Shown in pieces: positions 36,701 through 64,000 of a stretch of 64,000 bases of DNA. Position numbers and translations under genes: made by a program. A model generated the notes under the pieces. The model had not been told where the DNA came from, ran no database searches, and saw nothing but the letters and a program-made list of their open reading frames with translations. The stretch's first letter is position 1; every line of letters starts with the position of its first letter. Source of the stretch: Sphaerodactylus townsendi (Eukaryota); the NCBI RefSeq assembly GCF_021028975.2, contig NC_059425.1, positions 94,922,001 through 94,986,000 of the forward strand, in the 5' to 3' direction.

Positions 36701-39700
36701 CAATACAACTTTTTCCATTGATAATATGGTGGTAAAATACTAATGATAGTCCACTTAATTATTTTTTCAGCCCTTGCATCATTTACAAAAGTGTGAAATG
36801 CTGTCTTTAATAATAATATTTGAATAACTTCTATAAATGGGCAAATTGTTGTCTTTGTTGCACTATTAGAATGAAATTTTAACTATTCTGAGAAGTTATT
36901 TTTCTGTTAAATAGGGAAGCAGTTCGTTACATCAATGAAAACCTTGTTATTAACTCAGATGAGCTGGGAAGGGAGTGTCTAATTAATGCAGCTAAAACTT
37001 CTATGTCTTCCAAAATCATTGGAGTGTATCCTTTCAGTTCACAATGTAAAGCTGGAATGTGGTATGTATGGAACCTAAAATCCAGACAGAAAAAGATGGC
37101 CCTTGGCAGCATGCAAGGATGGCAATGAATGAAGTGAAGGTTTATAGGGCTTGTGCCTTCATGCTGTTTCATATGGCCTGATTTTTTTAGCTGTTTGGCT
37201 GTGTACATGGGGAGTCTGGAAATTATTTTGCATTTTGTCTTCCCAGTATGGGGTCCAGAGAGAGATCATCCCTTTTTTGTGTCCGCAAGCTTTTTCTCGG
37301 TATGCGTAGTCTCCTGTTCCTTTTCTAGGTATGCGTAGTCTCCTGTTCCTTTGTTTCTGGCTGCTTTTGTGACCCATTCAAGGTATAGGCAAGTCACTAC
37401 TGGGGGTACAAGGTGGGAGCTTTGATTATGGAGGCAGAAGGATCTTCTGAAAATTTCCCCCTTAAGGGCTTCAGCAGACTGATTTTCCTTCACCTCTTCG
37501 TAAATGGATGGTAATTAACTCTCATCATTTTGTCCCCTTCGGAGAATTTTCAGGGCATTTTCAGTGTTTTCCCCTTTGTTTTTCAAGTCATATCTTTCTG
37601 TATGCCTATGAAGTCTTCTGAGTTTACAGAAAACCCTACCTTTGTCTATCATTATCCTCCCTAGCTTTTCAATTTGTTGTAGATGTGATATTTGAATTAA
37701 TGGAGAATGACTTTTTAGAGAACTTGCATCTGTAAAATGGCATAAGCCTTTTTTTGTCAAAAGGTTGTTTAACTGATTTATTAACCTACTTTAATAAGGT
37801 ATGCTGTAAAATTTCATGAACTCTTGATACAACTGTCCATATTTGCCTTAATAGCCTTCTTACAGTGACAGTGATTTCTTTGCCAACATGGTAGTGGATG
37901 CTGCTCTAGCAGTTAAATATACAGATCAAAAGGGGCAAGCACATTATCCCATCAACTCCATCAATGTTTTGAAGGCACATGGCCGCAGCCAGAAAGAGAG
38001 CATTCTTGTAAATGGCTATGCATTGAACTGTGTTGTGGGATCCCAAGGTAAGGCTAAAATCTTCCGGTTTTGGGGGGGTAGGATGTGGCTGGAACTCACT
38101 TTCTGAAATTTGTCATGTTTTGTACAATATCATGTAACTACAGTATAAATCATCCTGTAAATTCTAGTTGAAATTTGTCACATAAAGGATTTTGGGTGTG
38201 TTTCTTTTTTAGGCATGACCAAAAGAGTAGTTAATGCAAAGATTGCATGTCTTGACTTCAGCCTGCAAAAGACTAAAATGAAGCTTGGTGTTCAGGTGGT
38301 TATTACAGACCCTGAGAAACTGGACCAGATCAGACAGAGGTATGCTGTGTAGATTTTAAAAAAACTTGTAGAATATGTAGTTCTACAAGTAGTTCAGGAT
38401 ATGTAGTAGAATATGTATGTCATATATACCATATATACTCATGTATAAGTTGAGTTTTTCAGCACATTTTTTGTGCTGAAAAAGCCCCCCTCAACTTATA
38501 CATGAGTCAGGTGTATTTTAAAAAATATTTTGGGGTTTTTATTTTGTCGGCTGCCAGGGAAGCTAGCGGCACCAAAATTTCACGGCATCATCAGGTGACA
38601 CTCCTGATGATACCAGCCAAATTTGGTAAAGTTTGGTTCAGGGGGTCCAAAGTTATGGACCCCCAAAGGGGGTGCCCCATCCCCCATTGTTTCCAATGGT
38701 AGCTAATTGTAGATGGGGCTACATTTTGAGGCTCCATAACTTTGGACCCCTTGAACCAAACTTCATTAAACCTGGGTGGTATCATCAGGATAATCTCTTG
38801 CTGATACCAGCCAGATTTGGTGATGTTTGGATCCCCAAAGTTATGGATCCCCAAAATGGAAGCTAATCGTAGATGGGGCTACCCTTTTGAGGGTCCATAA
38901 CTTTGGACCCCCTGAACCAAACGTCACCAAACCTGGGTGGTATCATCAGGAGGGTCTCCTAAAGATACTCTGAAATGTTGGTACTGCTAACATAAACATT
39001 CCTCCCCTGACAGGTGTGAATGTTCCTTCTGAAATGACACCTGCCATGTGCAATTTTAAAAAATATGTACGCTAAAAATAAACTATTCTTTTAAAAAGCA
39101 GGGTAGTTTTGAGTCACAGTGAACAGGCATGTTCATTCTAGTTTTTATTGTAAAATCCATTGTTTAAAACCCTTTTTTACAAAAAAGCTAAAGTTTTTGT
39201 ACTTTTAAAGTTATTGTTGGTACCATATTGTTCTTGTTGACCCTCTTTTCCACTTACAGAGCTAGTTTACTGTTTCTCTTTGAAATAAATATTCAAAAAC
39301 GTTTAGCCTATTGATGCCTCAATTAATGTAATTTTATTGGTATCTATTTTTATTTTTGAAATTTATCAGTAGCTGCTGCATTTCCCACCCTCGACTTATA
39401 CACAAGTCAGTAAGTTTTCCCACTTTTTTGTGGAAAAATTAGGTGCCTCGACTTATATGTGGGTCAACTTATACACCAGTATATACGGTAATTACAAATT
39501 AGGCATTTATAATCTTAGTCTGATTTTTTTCATTAAATGGTAAAGTTATTGCAGTAAAAATAATCACTCAAGGCCCAGCAATGTTTTGTGGCCAAAAGTT
39601 GAGGACTATTTGCAGCATCAGTTTCTCCTGGGTTCTTAAAGTTCAAGAATTTCTGAGTATCTGCACTTGGTAGTGCAGCCCCATCCATTCTCTGTTCTCC

Positions 39701-42330
39701 ACAATCTGTAAGGACATATTGCTATACCTTGGGAGTGGGTTCCTGAGCCTCCTTTCCTACAGGGGAGTTGACAGCAGTATATATCGTATGTACAGAAACA
39801 AGATGGGTTTGGTGCCAGATTTGTACTTTATTGAACAAGTGTACGTGTATAGAAATGGCTGGGAAGTGGAACATAGCTGAAGATCTGGACCAGTATTTAG
39901 AGCTGGTCATATAAGACAGTGGTTATGGTGTGCAAAGCTGTCTTTTGGAGAAGTTTGTGTTACCATTACTGATCTTCTCATTCAGGTGCCTTTATAATCT
40001 TCCAAGAAATTCCCTAGAGCAGAGTTTGAGGTATCCCTCTGAATTCTTCACAGGTTTGAGATGCAACTTTTATGTCTTTGAGTACAATGGGAGTATAACA
40101 TCTCAGAAGGTTGACTAGTGTGCCCCAATCTGCTAATTTCTCAGCATCTTTTCTTTATAACTTTACCGCTGATCTGGATTCAAATTTAGTTGGTCTTAAC
40201 TAACTCATACATGTTATCTCACGCAGAGAGGCTGACATCACTAAAGAGAGAATTCAGAAAATTCTGGCTACAGGCGTCAATGTTGTCCTGACCACTGGTG
40301 GCATTGATGACATGTGTCTGAAGTACTTTGTGGATGCTGGTGCCATGGCAGTGCGCAGAGTTCTGAAAAGAGATCTTAAACGCATTGCTAAGGCTGCTGG
40401 AGGTAAGTGCAGTTCAGGATATGGAAATTTGCATTTTAAATCTAATCCATAGTTAATAGAAAATTAAAATATGTAGAATAGTCCTACTAGTCACAGTTGG
40501 GTTGTGAATCCAAGTATTAGTTTGGGGCCTCTTGGTGTAATTAGAGGAAGCCCTTTTCTATAGTAAAAGCCTTGTTTTTGTCTTTACAAGCCACAATATG
40601 TTCTACTCTGGCAAACCTGGAAGGTGAAGAAACATTTGAAGCATCAATGCTGGGGCAGGCAGAAGAGGTGGTTCAAGAGAGAATTTGTGATGATGAATTG
40701 ATCTTAATCAAGAAGTAAGAACTTTTAAACTTTCCACATAAAATTTAATTTTGCTTAACTTTGTGAAGTAGTTTCCCATTTAATTGCTGCCACATTGTTT
40801 TAGTAGTGTGAGCAGTTATACGCGTGGGGTAAATTATCCTCAGTCATCCATAAGTGATAAGTTGAGACAGGGAATGTCTCATCTTTACTGATGGCCCTGG
40901 ACATTTACATCAAGTTTTTACTAGCTTCATGAATATTTGGTAGCTCAAGTAAATATAACTAGTAATGCAAGATAAATGTTTATTAAAATGCATGCAGAGA
41001 ACAGTTTGTTATACTTTTCTTACAGTACTAAGGCACGAACATCAGCCTCCATTATATTACGAGGAGCAAATGACTTCATGTGTGATGAGATGGAGCGATC
41101 TCTGCATGATGCTCTCTGTGTTGTCAAAAGAGTATTAGAGTCAAAGTCCGTGGTACCAGGAGGTGGAGCTGTTGAAGCAGCACTTTCTATTTATCTAGAA
41201 AATTATGCAACCAGCATGGTAAGTGATTTGATTAAAGTTAATACAGAAAAACTTTTGCATGTCACCTTGGTTTTGCCAGTTCTTGAGAACCAGCTGTATT
41301 GCTAAATGCAATTGACATCATATATAGAAAGGAATCACACGAGACAGTAGAATGTTAGTGTACTCAACACCAAAAAACCCCCAATCATTTGGTTGGATCC
41401 ATCACAAGGATCATGGATCTTCCCCACTTTCTGCTTCCCTCACCAGTCTTTTCTGGCGGTACCTTTTTTTATTCCTGGGCTTCTCAAGACTCTTTCATGA
41501 AGGACATTTCATTCCCATTACCTTCTCCACTGCATTTTGTTGGTCCTGCAACCTGATAATAAACTTTCCCCCGGTTGGAAAGGACTACTGCAAATGATAG
41601 GAATTTCTGCAACCCTTAGTGCTTTCTGCTGACAAATGACTGGAATCCAGATTGGTGTTCGTAAAACAGTTCTTGTACTCTACAAATACAGGTTTAAAGC
41701 ACTAAAATGTTAAAATGAGTTTTTCTTTTTTAATTTAGGGATCACGTGAACAGCTTGCTATTGCAGAATTTGCAAGATCTCTCCTAGTAATTCCAAATAC
41801 TTTAGCAGTCAATGCTGCCCAAGATGCTATAGATCTTGTTGCAAAACTCAGGGCATTTCATAATGAAGCTCAAGTTAATCCTGAACGGAAAAATCTGAAA
41901 TGGTAGGTACCTCTGAAAAAAGCAATGACCCATGAAAGGGGTTGATGGCAGAATCAATGGCAGATAGCTATTAAACACTCACTTGAGTTTTAATGCTACA
42001 GGCATTTTGCTTTTATCTACTGTGGAAACTTTCAAAGTAGGTCTTATATGAATTAGGCATAAGGTCATTTTGAAATTGATATATCAACTTCACAATTGTT
42101 CATGTTTTAATAGGATTGGCCTTGATTTAATCAATGGGAAGCCACGTGATAATAAACAAGCTGGTGTATTTGAGCCTACTGTGGTCAAAACAAAGAGTTT
42201 GAAGTTTGCAACAGAAGCAGCAATTACTATTCTGCGAATTGACGACCTTATTAAGTTGTACCCTGAAAGTAAAAATGATAAAGGTGGCTGTTATGAAGAT
42301 GCTGTTCACTCTGGAGCAATTGAAGATTAA
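30711..42330 (+). CDS. TCP1: T-complex protein 1 subunit alpha (CCT-alpha chaperonin), 12 coding exons, 559 aa
   Basis: [55 protein letters not shown] motifs; summed exon length 1680 nt; AATAAA at 42386. Confidence 0.98.
32584..32669 (+). CDS. TCP1: TCP1 exon 2
   Basis: [29 protein letters not shown]. Confidence 0.96.
33510..33638 (+). CDS. TCP1: TCP1 exon 3
   Basis: [43 protein letters not shown]. Confidence 0.97.
33977..34196 (+). mobile_element. 5S rRNA-derived SINE (5S-Sauria-like)
   Basis: GATCTCATCAGATCTCAGAAGCTAAGCAGGGTC...GTTAATACTTGGATGGGAGA is 5S-like; tail GAGGAAGGCAATGACAAACCACTTCTG; another copy near 43290-43465 (-). Confidence 0.8.
36539..36636 (+). CDS. TCP1: TCP1 exon 4
   Basis: [33 protein letters not shown]. 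Confidence 0.96.
36915..37025 (+). CDS. TCP1: TCP1 exon 5
   Basis: [38 protein letters not shown]12-type donor gtatccttt. Confidence 0.95.
37866..38047 (+). CDS. TCP1: TCP1 exon 6
   Basis: [17 protein letters not shown]...[12 protein letters not shown]. Confidence 0.96.
38213..38339 (+). CDS. TCP1: TCP1 exon 7
   Basis: [43 protein letters not shown]. Confidence 0.96.
38429..39488. mobile_element. Tc2/pogo-like non-autonomous element in TCP1 intron 7
   Basis: TIRs CCATATATACTCATGTATAAGTTG / CAACTTATACACCAGTATATACGG with TA TSDs; subterminal CTCGACTTATA repeats. Confidence 0.85.
40227..40402 (+). CDS. TCP1: TCP1 exon 8
   Basis: [34 protein letters not shown]...RIAKAAG. Confidence 0.96.
40591..40714 (+). 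CDS. TCP1: TCP1 exon 9
   Basis: [42 protein letters not shown]. Confidence 0.96.
40772..40906 (+). ncRNA. SNORA20: H/ACA box snoRNA, SNORA20 orthologue in TCP1 intron 9
   Basis: TTCCCATTTAATTGCTGC...GAGCAGTTATACGCGTGGG resembles human SNORA20 as I recall it, which is also TCP1-hosted; H box AAATTA 40831-40836; ACA 40901-40903 three nt from the end; pocket TATACGC (40817-40823) complementary to GCGUAUA in 18S rRNA. Confidence 0.88.
41026..41218 (+). CDS. TCP1: TCP1 exon 10
   Basis: [31 protein letters not shown]...LENYATSM. Confidence 0.97.
41739..41902 (+). CDS. TCP1: TCP1 exon 11
   Basis: [29 protein letters not shown]...PERKNLKW. Confidence 0.96.
42114..42330 (+). CDS. TCP1: TCP1 exon 12 (coding part)
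   Basis: [21 protein letters not shown]...[12 protein letters not shown]. Confidence 0.96.
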
Positions 42331-42907
42331 GTGGATTTTTTTGTTTAACTGTGTACCTGTAAAATTCCTTCTAGTCTGGTATGTTAATAAAACAAGCTGT
42401 TAAAGTCCTGTCTGCTCACAGAAAATGAGTAACTAATTAATAAACGAATTATACTGCATTTGTCAGTGTCGTCCTATATCATGAAGCCTAAGACTGGGGG
42501 AATGAGCACATAGCGAAACCACACACACATACACACCGGTTTTCTGTGTGTACAGCAGGGATCTGAAGGAAGAAGGCAAGTTCATGCAGCTCTTAGTGCA
42601 TATAGATGGGGACTACTCATCTCTTATGTTCTGTGCAGCAGTAAAGGCGATAAGTAGTAATTGAAGACACGGTTGCTATACTAAATTAATGTTTGTAGGC
42701 ACTTCCATAGCAATTCCATGAATCCCGTCATGAAGATTTGTGTACCTTGCTGTGGGAAGGAGGGACTGAGGGAATAGCCTGTAGTAGGGGACCAGGCAAT
42801 AATTTTGATGTTCAAATATGTTAAATAAAACTTGGTGAAGTCCAGAGTTTTGAGTAAAATACAGGTTGTGATATTCACATTACTACAAAAATGAGGAAAG
42901 GTTCCCA

Positions 42908-57752
<14,845 letters not shown>

Positions 57753-57990
57753 GATGACCGCTCACGCGCCGTTTAGTTCTGCTGCAACCACTCCGCGCCT
57801 CAGGGTCTCCGGGTCTCAAAGCTTCGCTTCGTCTCACGCCCACTGCTAGGAACTCGCGCTCCCATTGGCTATAGCGAACTACTCCCTCCCGCCCGCGCCC
57901 CTTCATTACCAAGATCTCGTGAACGGGCTCGTGACAAGCGAGAGCCCGCGGATTGGCTGATTGAACGAAGGGTTGAGGGTCGCGGTCAGA
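57753..57990 (-). promoter_or_regulatory. ACAT2 5' UTR / CpG-rich promoter
   Basis: CpG-rich stretch directly upstream of the ATG with ATTGG boxes (~57864, ~57952) and a GC box CCCGCCC (~57888). Confidence 0.7.
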
Positions 57991-60587
57991 ATTCTTGTAA
58001 GATGTTTGTTAAAAACATGTTTGCAATACCGGTACGCGTGGAAAGGCTCATTGACGACAAGGGCGCATTAACCATTCTTATGTATTATTCTTTGATCTTC
58101 ATCTAAGGAGCCCGAGATGGCATTCGAGAGGTGGTTTCTCATTTTACCATCATAACAAAGTTATCATCCAAGCAGAAAGTCCATTGACCAGGCTGCTGTT
58201 TGCTTTGGGGCCAGTTGCCAGAAAAACAAGTGCAAGGCTGTTTTTTGTTACCCTCAGGGTTAATTTTTTAAAAGTGAATTCCTAACCTCACAAGATAGAT
58301 TTTGTGTAGGGCTCCATCCCTAGACTCACCAAAAACCACTAATTTTTGTTGTTGTGCTCCAGCTCTTGATTCGAAAGCTGAATCTTCATGTACTGCCTAG
58401 AGAGCAGCGTTTTTTATTTCAGTAATTGACAACCTTGCTTCACAAGATCAACCTGAGTGAGGGTGATTGTTCAAAGGGCAAGCAGTAACATAGGATAATC
58501 TTTTCAGAGTTGAAGGCAGTTTGAAAGACGGATTGCTATTTTTCATGTGACACTCTTGACATTCTTCTCCAATTGTGCCAACAGTGGGACAAGAAGAAAT
58601 ACAGTTACATAGAATCAGGAGCTAAACATCTTTAAAGCTACTTTCAACTCTTATGCCCACCAATTGTGCCTGATGTAATGAACTGTAACTCATGAAAGCT
58701 CATTGAGATAAATGCTGTTTGTCTTTAGGTGCCACTGGACTTTAGATTTTACACAAGGCTACATTTTAAATTAAAATAAAAGAGCCCTTTACATAATCAG
58801 TATTTTCTACCATGTAGAGATCAGTGTATTAGCTTAATAAAACATGATCATGTTTGCATTCTCGTTTTTTATGACCTACATTGCTGAAATATATTTTGTG
58901 AGGTCATGGTCTTCTAACCAATTTCTTACTTGTCTGGCTGCTTTGGCAGTTGCTTAGTTCCCATTCAAGAATGCAGCATATGAAGCCTTGATATATGTTC
59001 AGTTGTAGAACTTTAAAAAAATGTTTTTATCTTAAAAATATGTATGCTGTCTTTCAGGCCTGCTTGAGTAGCTCACAACAATGAAACAAAACCAATAAAT
59101 AAAAAATCAGGGGGAAAAAACTAACATAATAAAATCAGTCAATAAAACAGCCAATCGAATAAAATAAGTAAAACATATATTAGAAATGCTAACCGAAAAG
59201 CTACTGTTCTTTAAAAGAGAGGACTTAAAACCACATGAAATAAATACAGTAGTCTAAAATGATATTAAAAGACCAATGCTAGTAGATCAGTGGTTTCCAG
59301 CCTATAGGGCATGAAGTAATTGCAAGGGGTCTATAAATCCATCCATCTTAGACAAGTTCTTACCTCCTTGCCTCTTCTCCCCACCCTTGACTCCGTGGCA
59401 GCCATGTCCCCTTCTGGGTCAGCCAGCTAGTGTGCTTCAGTATGGCTATGCCTCTCCATTTGAATCCATCTACTCTGAGCCCCCATCCAGGCAGGTGGCA
59501 TTGGGCCATCCTCAGCTGGAAGCTTCCAAGTGTGAACTGGCCCAGACAGGGCTGCTTCCCTACTCATGATAAGTACTGCTTCTTATGATAGGCTTGGGTG
59601 GGGGCATGTTTATATTTTGCTATTAAGGAGCACTTGGGTGTTAGGTGTAAAAACGTTAAGGCAATTCTCTGTGCCTTTCTTGATGGCCTTTCACTTTCTA
59701 TAGACATAACTACAGTAATCAGATGCCTTCTTATATGCTCAGGAGATACAAGTTTTCTTACTTACATTTTGTAGACCCACAGTCACCCACACTATTCATT
59801 TAGGAATTTCAGCTACAATTGAACAGCAGCCTCCTCCAGTTATAAACTATAACATGATGAACTCCATCCAGAAATGGCTAGAATTGGCTGCAAATATAAT
59901 TGGAAGATTCTCTTCACTGTTGTTATCCTTATGTTCCCAGTCAAGTTGGGCCAGGGCTGGGGGGAATGCTGTAGTAAGGTCCCAGTCTCAGTGACAGAAG
60001 TATACTTTAGTGTCTAAGGTTTATATATTTCCTTCAATTTCTAGGAATCAATATTATTTGCCAATACTATGACCGCACGATCAGTCTCTTTAGATATCCT
60101 GTCTTCCATACTTAATATTCCCAGATTACCCTTTGAACATATTTGTGTAAGGGTTGTCTTTGTATCTTTTGGCCTTGAATCTGTCTGTTACTGATTTTCC
60201 CTGTATTTCAATAGCTATTGCATAGTGCTGGCCTTTAACCTAGCATCTGATTATCAGCTCTGGCTAAACAAATTCCTGGAGAAGTGGGAGTATGAGAAAA
60301 ATGCTTTCGTTTTTATAGAGGCTTAATTGGATGCTATTTACCAGGTGAGCTTATTAACCTCCACGCAATAAAAAGCTGCTGCCGCCTACTTCCATATATT
60401 AAGCTTTAATTGAGGGGGCAGAACATTTTTTTTGTCAACCCTACTAGCAATCCTACTAGTTTCCTTCCTCCAGAATTGTGCATTATACCTCATTACTTGA
60501 ACTGCTGTTTGCATCCTAAATTAGGCCTTTGTGAGACTAAGGAAGCTATCCTAAGCAGGTCAATTTGAACACGTAAGGAACACGTAA

Positions 60588-60902
60588 GAAGGAGTAGGAG
60601 GAGTAGGAGTAGTAGTAGTTTGGATTTATATCCCCCCTTTCTCTCCTGCAGGAGACTCAAAGGGGCTTACAATCTCCTTGCCCTTCCCCCCTCACAACAA
60701 ACACCCTGTGAGGTAGGTGGCGGGGCCTGAGGAAGCTGTGGACTAGCTCCTAAGGTCACCCAGCTGGCATGTGTGGGAGTGTACAGGCTAATCTGAATTC
60801 CCCAGATAAGCCTCCACAGCTCAGGCGGCAGAGCTGGGAATCAAACCCGGTTCCTCCAGATTAGATACATGAGCTCTTAACCTCCTACGCCACTGCTGCT
60901 CC
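60588..60902 (-). mobile_element. tRNA/CORE SINE (Squam3-like)
   Basis: Reverse-complement match to 51532-51828, with an (ACT/CCT)n-type tail. Confidence 0.85.
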
Positions 60903-63709
60903 AACCAGTTTACAACATGGGTATGGGGAGGGCAATTTTCTTCCAGCTGTCCTGATTTATTTTTCTTAAGATCTGTTCCACAATTTGTGTCATGTCCATA
61001 TTGTTGCACACCTGCCATCTAGTGATGACCTAGTTTATCTTTTTACTCCTCTCAATCTTTTAGATATAACACTGCAAATGGAGCAGAGAGGTTTTGTTCT
61101 GTACTAAGACCAAAATCATGTATGCATTTTAAGTGCTTAAATTATGATTCATGAATCTTCAACCACTTCAATTAATGCGCATATCTACAATTCTCAGTCT
61201 GCACTTTCCCCACTTTAAGCATCACTGCATTTCTACCATCCAGTGTGGGAGAAGACATTTTTACCTACCTACCCCATATTTCTACCTCAGACTGGACTGC
61301 AATTAAACCATGATAGTGTGGAACAGGTAAATTTCTACCCTGCCTCACTGCCATCTCCTTAAATACTCCACCTGTCCCATATTTAGTGTCTGGTTAAACT
61401 GACAAACTTGGGGAAAATCTTGTCAGTTTTTTATCCTTTTTTAAAAATGTGAGTATTACTGAACACTGGTGCACATAGCCCCTCCAAGGGGGAAACACTG
61501 CAGGAAACGCTCCTCATAGCACTTGGTGACAAGAGAAAAGAGCTAGTGAGCGGTGAAACTGAAAGGCTTTTCTTCAACCATGCTTCTTCACCTAAAGAGC
61601 AGAGAAAGGGGAGGAAGGAATTTCTTTCTTTGAAATTCAGGTACCTCTCATTTTTGAACAGGAAAGAGAATGGCTTTTTAAAAAGACATTCTCAAATGCT
61701 CAATTCTATGAAAAAATAGACTAAAAAGTGCTTTAAATACAATATATTTGTCCCAGATGCCACAAATACAAGAATGAAATGTAGTTGTAAACCCACTTTC
61801 CCCCAATGGCGATCAATTGATTATAAAATTTAATTCAGGTGCCTAAAAATTGCACTGATTTCAAATATTAACACCAACAACCAGAGAGGTTTAAAAGTAC
61901 TTCAAGTAGTCTATATGGAATGTGTGAATAGCATTCATTAGAACAAATTCTTCTAAAGGCCCTCAGTTGCGTGCCTTATTCTGTGTCAAATCTAATTAGT
62001 TTCAGTAGTGCACAAAATATTTAGTTTCATGCATGTTCCTCAGGGAAATAATGTGACTTGAACTGTTGTCTAAAAGGGTCTGGCACATTGTTGTCTTGCA
62101 CACTGGCCATTCTGCGAGGCATCGGAGGATTTCTCTGACAATAAAACTAATTAAGGCTTCAGTCCCATGCCTACTTGTTTGTAAGTAGGGTTACCAATAG
62201 GCTGGAGAAACACAGCCTGTTCCTTTAATAGAGGATCAATGTGTGGAAATGGACAACTGAAGATTTCATGGCATGGAGGAAACTAACCACCTGCTAACAT
62301 CATATTAAGCCTCTATTAAAAGGAGAGGGGTTTTTTTCAGGCAGTTGGCAATCTTACTTGTACATGAACTGCAGCGAATGCAGTGGGATTTACTGACGTT
62401 CAAAGACTTACAAGATTCACTTAGAATACTGTATTCAGAGAAGTCCAGATAGCACTTTTGTTGTTAGTGGTCTAGTGCCAGGTTAAAAAAAATGTATTTT
62501 CTTTTGTTTGGGGCTGATTTGTGCTTTATGTTATGGATTATTATCATGTTGTTATTTTCTCACAGAGTTTAGTGTGGCACACTGTTTGAAGCTACCTTAA
62601 AAAAATTGATACTCCAGTTAATTTAGAATATAGTTGCAAAGCTGCTGACTGCAATGAAATAATATCACTGTCTGATAATTTATTTCCAAATATAACTTGG
62701 CAGGTTGATCCTTAACTTTAAAGAACCAGGTTATAAATTAATAATTTCATATTTTATTATAAGCCACTTGGATAATTTGGGGGGAATGGGGTAGATTTTA
62801 ATGAGATTGCTTGATTACAATGAATGGCCATAAGTTGGCATGTTCTAGATCCAAAGAACCTGTAATGACTTGCTGATTCTTCAGCAAAACCCATAACAAT
62901 AATACTTTATAGAATCTACTATCATCTGCTTATAACCTTGGAGATATATTTTTCATCTTGTATTTGATAAGGGTCGTTGATTCAGTTCTGAATGAGCTGG
63001 ACATGTTTGCAATCAGCTTATGTTTCGTAAAATGCTCTAACACTTACAATGTATTTAAATTCCAATGTAAAAATGTTCACTTCCTATATCCTACACTAAA
63101 TTCTATGGGATGATTCTCAAATATGATTACTGCTTTCCTAGATTGGACCAGTTTGTTTCCAAGAGAATGACACCTCTGGAAAGATCCCAGTTCAAATCAC
63201 CATTGACCGTGAAACTGATTTGGGTGAATTTGAGCCAGTTGCACACGCTAGCATACTTCATAGGACTTTCAGGAGAATAAAATGGAGCAGGGAGAACCAC
63301 ATAAATCACTCTGGGTCACCATTATGTGGCTAATCAATGCAATTAAGCCTGTGTTGACTAAACTGAAAACATGTTTATCCATCCTGAACCGAATGGGTTT
63401 TTTTACTGTTGAGTTCCTGCAACAAGTTTAATTGATACATGTTCCCAACTTTGCCCTCACTCTTTAGTCCTGTAAAATTAGCTAGACTGGGTGGTTAGGT
63501 TTAATTTACTGCAGGCTACCTAGCTTGCAGTCCCAGGAATATTTCTTTGAGAAAACCCGTGATTTTGTTATCTGCTTTCGAATAGTTTTTGGTCAGGATC
63601 AGCCTTTTAACAGAAGCAAAACATTGATCCACACACTACCTAACACATAGCAATGTTACGCAGTTGTATACGCTCACAAACACTGGTTTTAAAACACGGA
63701 GTCCAATCA

Positions 63710-63912
63710 GGTTGCCAGCGGCGGATTGGGAAACTGCTGGAGATTTTGGGGGTGGAGACTGGAGAGGGAGGGGTTGATACCTCAACATGGTAAATGCCAT
63801 AGAGTCCACTCTGCAATTAGCGGCCATTTCCTCCAGGGTAATTGATGTATGTAGCTTGAAGATCAGGAGAAGTGGGAGGTCTCCAGGACTCACCTGGATG
63901 TTGGCAAGCCAG
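63710..63912. mobile_element. Old MITE with AGGTTGCCA/TGGCAA termini
   Basis: Similar to 20760-20970 (CTGGAGATTT, CATAGAGTCCACTCT shared). Confidence 0.6.
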
Positions 63913-64000
63913 TCTGGCAGAAATCGAACATGATATTAAAATTTAATCCTGCTGTTCAGTTAACTCTTTGCATTTTAAACCTTCAGAGCAGCTGCTGGGA

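Noticed and set aside
37130-37700. Possible retroelement fragment inside the U12 intron
   Set aside because: No diagnostic motif or TSD found.
57831-57843. Sterol regulatory element in the ACAT2 promoter
   Set aside because: CTCACGCCCAC has an extra base versus TCACNCCAC; plausible but not supportable by eye.
58000-64000. 3' end of WTAP, expected from mammalian synteny
   Set aside because: No WTAP-like coding sequence recognised; probably beyond the window.

Overview
Vertebrate nuclear DNA, almost certainly squamate reptile and probably gecko, judged from Squam3-like, 5S-Sauria and Penelope repeats. It carries the conserved amniote block PNLDC1 (-, coding exons 1-16; the 3' end runs off the left edge), MRPL18 (-), TCP1 (+) and ACAT2 (-). 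I reconstructed all in-window coding exons by hand with consistent splice phases and no internal stops. MRPL18 and TCP1 are head-to-head across a ~1 kb CpG-rich promoter. TCP1 and ACAT2 are tail-to-tail with 577 bp between their stop codons. TCP1 intron 9 hosts a SNORA20 orthologue and TCP1 intron 5 is a U12-type intron; MRPL18 intron 3 is GC-AG. Introns are full of hAT and Tc1/mariner-pogo MITEs, SINEs, a solo LTR, DIRS and Penelope remnants (with decayed hammerhead cores) and a young RTE-X-like LINE tail. The most striking item is a ~1.05 kb non-autonomous hAT element (TIRs plus an 8-bp TSD) in PNLDC1 intron 1 that appears to have captured a genomic piece of an APEX2-like AP-endonuclease gene (upstream sequence, exon 1 and its splice donor), i.e. 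a candidate vertebrate Pack-hAT. Family assignments are from recall, not database searches.
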